DNA of 64,000 nt from Podarcis gaigeae (lineage: Eukaryota): the NCBI GenBank assembly GCA_964106915.2, contig OZ066916.1, one strand, 5' to 3'. Shown piece after piece: positions 62,670 through 64,000 of the stretch. Under the pieces are notes generated by a model, which worked only from the letters and a program-made list of their open reading frames with translations, did not search any database and was not told the DNA's origin. Positions within the stretch are counted from its first letter, which is position 1; every line of letters starts with the position of its first letter. Position numbers and translations under genes: made by a program.

Positions 62670-63142
62670 CAGTGGTACCTCGGGTTACATATGCTTCAGG
62701 TTACAGACTCTGCTAACCCAGAAATAGTACCTTGCGTTTAGAACTTGGCTTCAAGATGAGAACATAAATCGTGCTCCGGTGGTGCGGCAGCAGCAGGAGG
62801 CCCCATTAGCTAAAGTGGTGCTTCAGGTTAAGAACAGTTTCAGGTTAAGAATGGACCTCCAGAACGAATTAAGTACTTAACCCGAGGTACCACTATACAG
62901 TGGAACCTTGGGTTGCAAACGTGATCTGTGCGGGAGGCACGTTCACAACCTGCAGTGCTGTATCTGCGCACGCGTGTGATGCGATTCAGCTCTTCTGTGC
63001 ATGCGTAAAGCGCGATTTAGTGGTTCTGCGCATGTGTGAGTGCCGAAACCCAGAAGTAACCCATTCTGGTACTTCCGGGTTCGGCGCAGTCCGTAACCTG
63101 AAAACATGGAACCCGCAGTGTTCCCAACCCAAGGTATGACTG
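62670..63142. mobile_element. Two abutting Tigger/pogo-like MITEs (62670-62895, 62898-63142) sharing one TA
   Basis: TA-CAGTGGTACC..GGTACCACTA-TA-CAGTGGAACC..GGTATGACTG-TA. Confidence 0.9.
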
Positions 63143-63597
63143 TACTTCCCTCCCCTCCCCTTTGCTGTAACTTTATTGGCCATCCAGAATCAGAATTTTC
63201 ATAGATTCTGAGCTGTCGTCGAATTTTCTTGATGCTTTTGTTTGCAAAGAACCGGATGTTCCTTTTCAAAACAAGCCTATTTATGTTTCTCCCCTCTTAT
63301 CAGCCGGGAAAATTAGGCCATTCATTTTCCTTTCTCTCGCGGATATAATTTACGTAGGCCGGTTGGAGTGTGTGTTGGGGTGAAAACCCTCGTTTAGTTT
63401 TCGTAAGGAAGAAAGCACTTCCAGACTGCTCAGGGCATAGTCTGCTGAAACAGAAGCGCCAGTTTGCAATTTGGACATCTTTGCTTTTGTAATATGCAGA
63501 GGGGTTTTTATTCGTTTTTAAATCGGTGTGCCTTTGCTACAGCCTATTTCCTTTCTATCTCTAACCCTTTTGTTTTTATTGCCAATTGCATCTCTAG

Positions 63598-63890
63598 GTG
63601 TTTGATATCGGCTGCTACCAAGAGTTGCTCGCGCCCTGCTTCTGCCTGCCCCCTCACGACAACATCAACCAAATCACTGAAATCATTCTCGGGGAGACGA
63701 AAGCCTATGTGTTCTTTGAGAGGAGCTATGGGGACATGCATTCCTTTGTTCGTACCTGCAAGAAGCTGAAGGAGGAGGAAGCAGCCAAGCTGTTCTACCA
63801 GATAGCGTCTGCTGTGGCGCACTGTCACGACGGCGGGCTGGTGCTGCGAGATCTCAAGCTGCGGAAATTCATCTTCAAGGATGAAGAAAG
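63598..63890 (+). CDS. TRIB2: Tribbles pseudokinase 2, coding exon 2; gene continues beyond the window
   Basis: Acceptor TCTCTAG|GTG; [58 protein letters not shown]; donor AAG|GTAAGG, phase 2. Confidence 0.98.
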
Positions 63891-64000
63891 GTAAGGGATT
63901 TCTCTCCCTTCCTCCTGGCCCTTTGGAATCCACCAAGGAGTGTGTCAGGGATGCAGTTTTGAAAGGGGTTGTTTTCTGAAGGCTCGTACTGTTAGCCCCA

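Noticed and set aside
63544-63936. 130 aa antisense ORF over TRIB2 exon 2
   Set aside because: Shadow frame of a coding exon

Overview
Vertebrate genomic DNA, inferred to be from a squamate (probably a lacertid lizard) because of its Sauria SINE, BovB, CR1 and L2 content. The only host protein-coding gene I can support is TRIB2 (tribbles pseudokinase 2, + strand): CpG-island promoter and long 5' leader (~55.2-57.2 kb), coding exon 1 (57178-57447), a 6.15 kb intron and coding exon 2 (63598-63890); exon 3 lies beyond the window. The upstream ~55 kb is intergenic and repeat-rich: 7 Sauria SINEs, 14 TA-flanked Tigger/pogo-like MITEs, several hAT-type MITEs, L2/CR1/BovB/L1 fragments, a solo LTR, a decayed Ty1/copia pol remnant and a ~150 bp satellite. 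The most notable observations are (i) minimal hammerhead ribozyme motifs in two Penelope-like remnants, one forming a ~230 bp palindrome with ribozyme cores on both strands; (ii) a hAT-type element carrying a CpG-rich segment plus L1/CR1 pieces ~4 kb upstream of the TRIB2 promoter; (iii) a hAT MITE with internal TTAGGG-containing repeats; (iv) uORFs, including a His8 peptide, and alternative splice donors in the TRIB2 leader; (v) a 39 bp MITE-flank sequence copied 20 kb away. Repeat family names come from motif recognition only; no database search was run.
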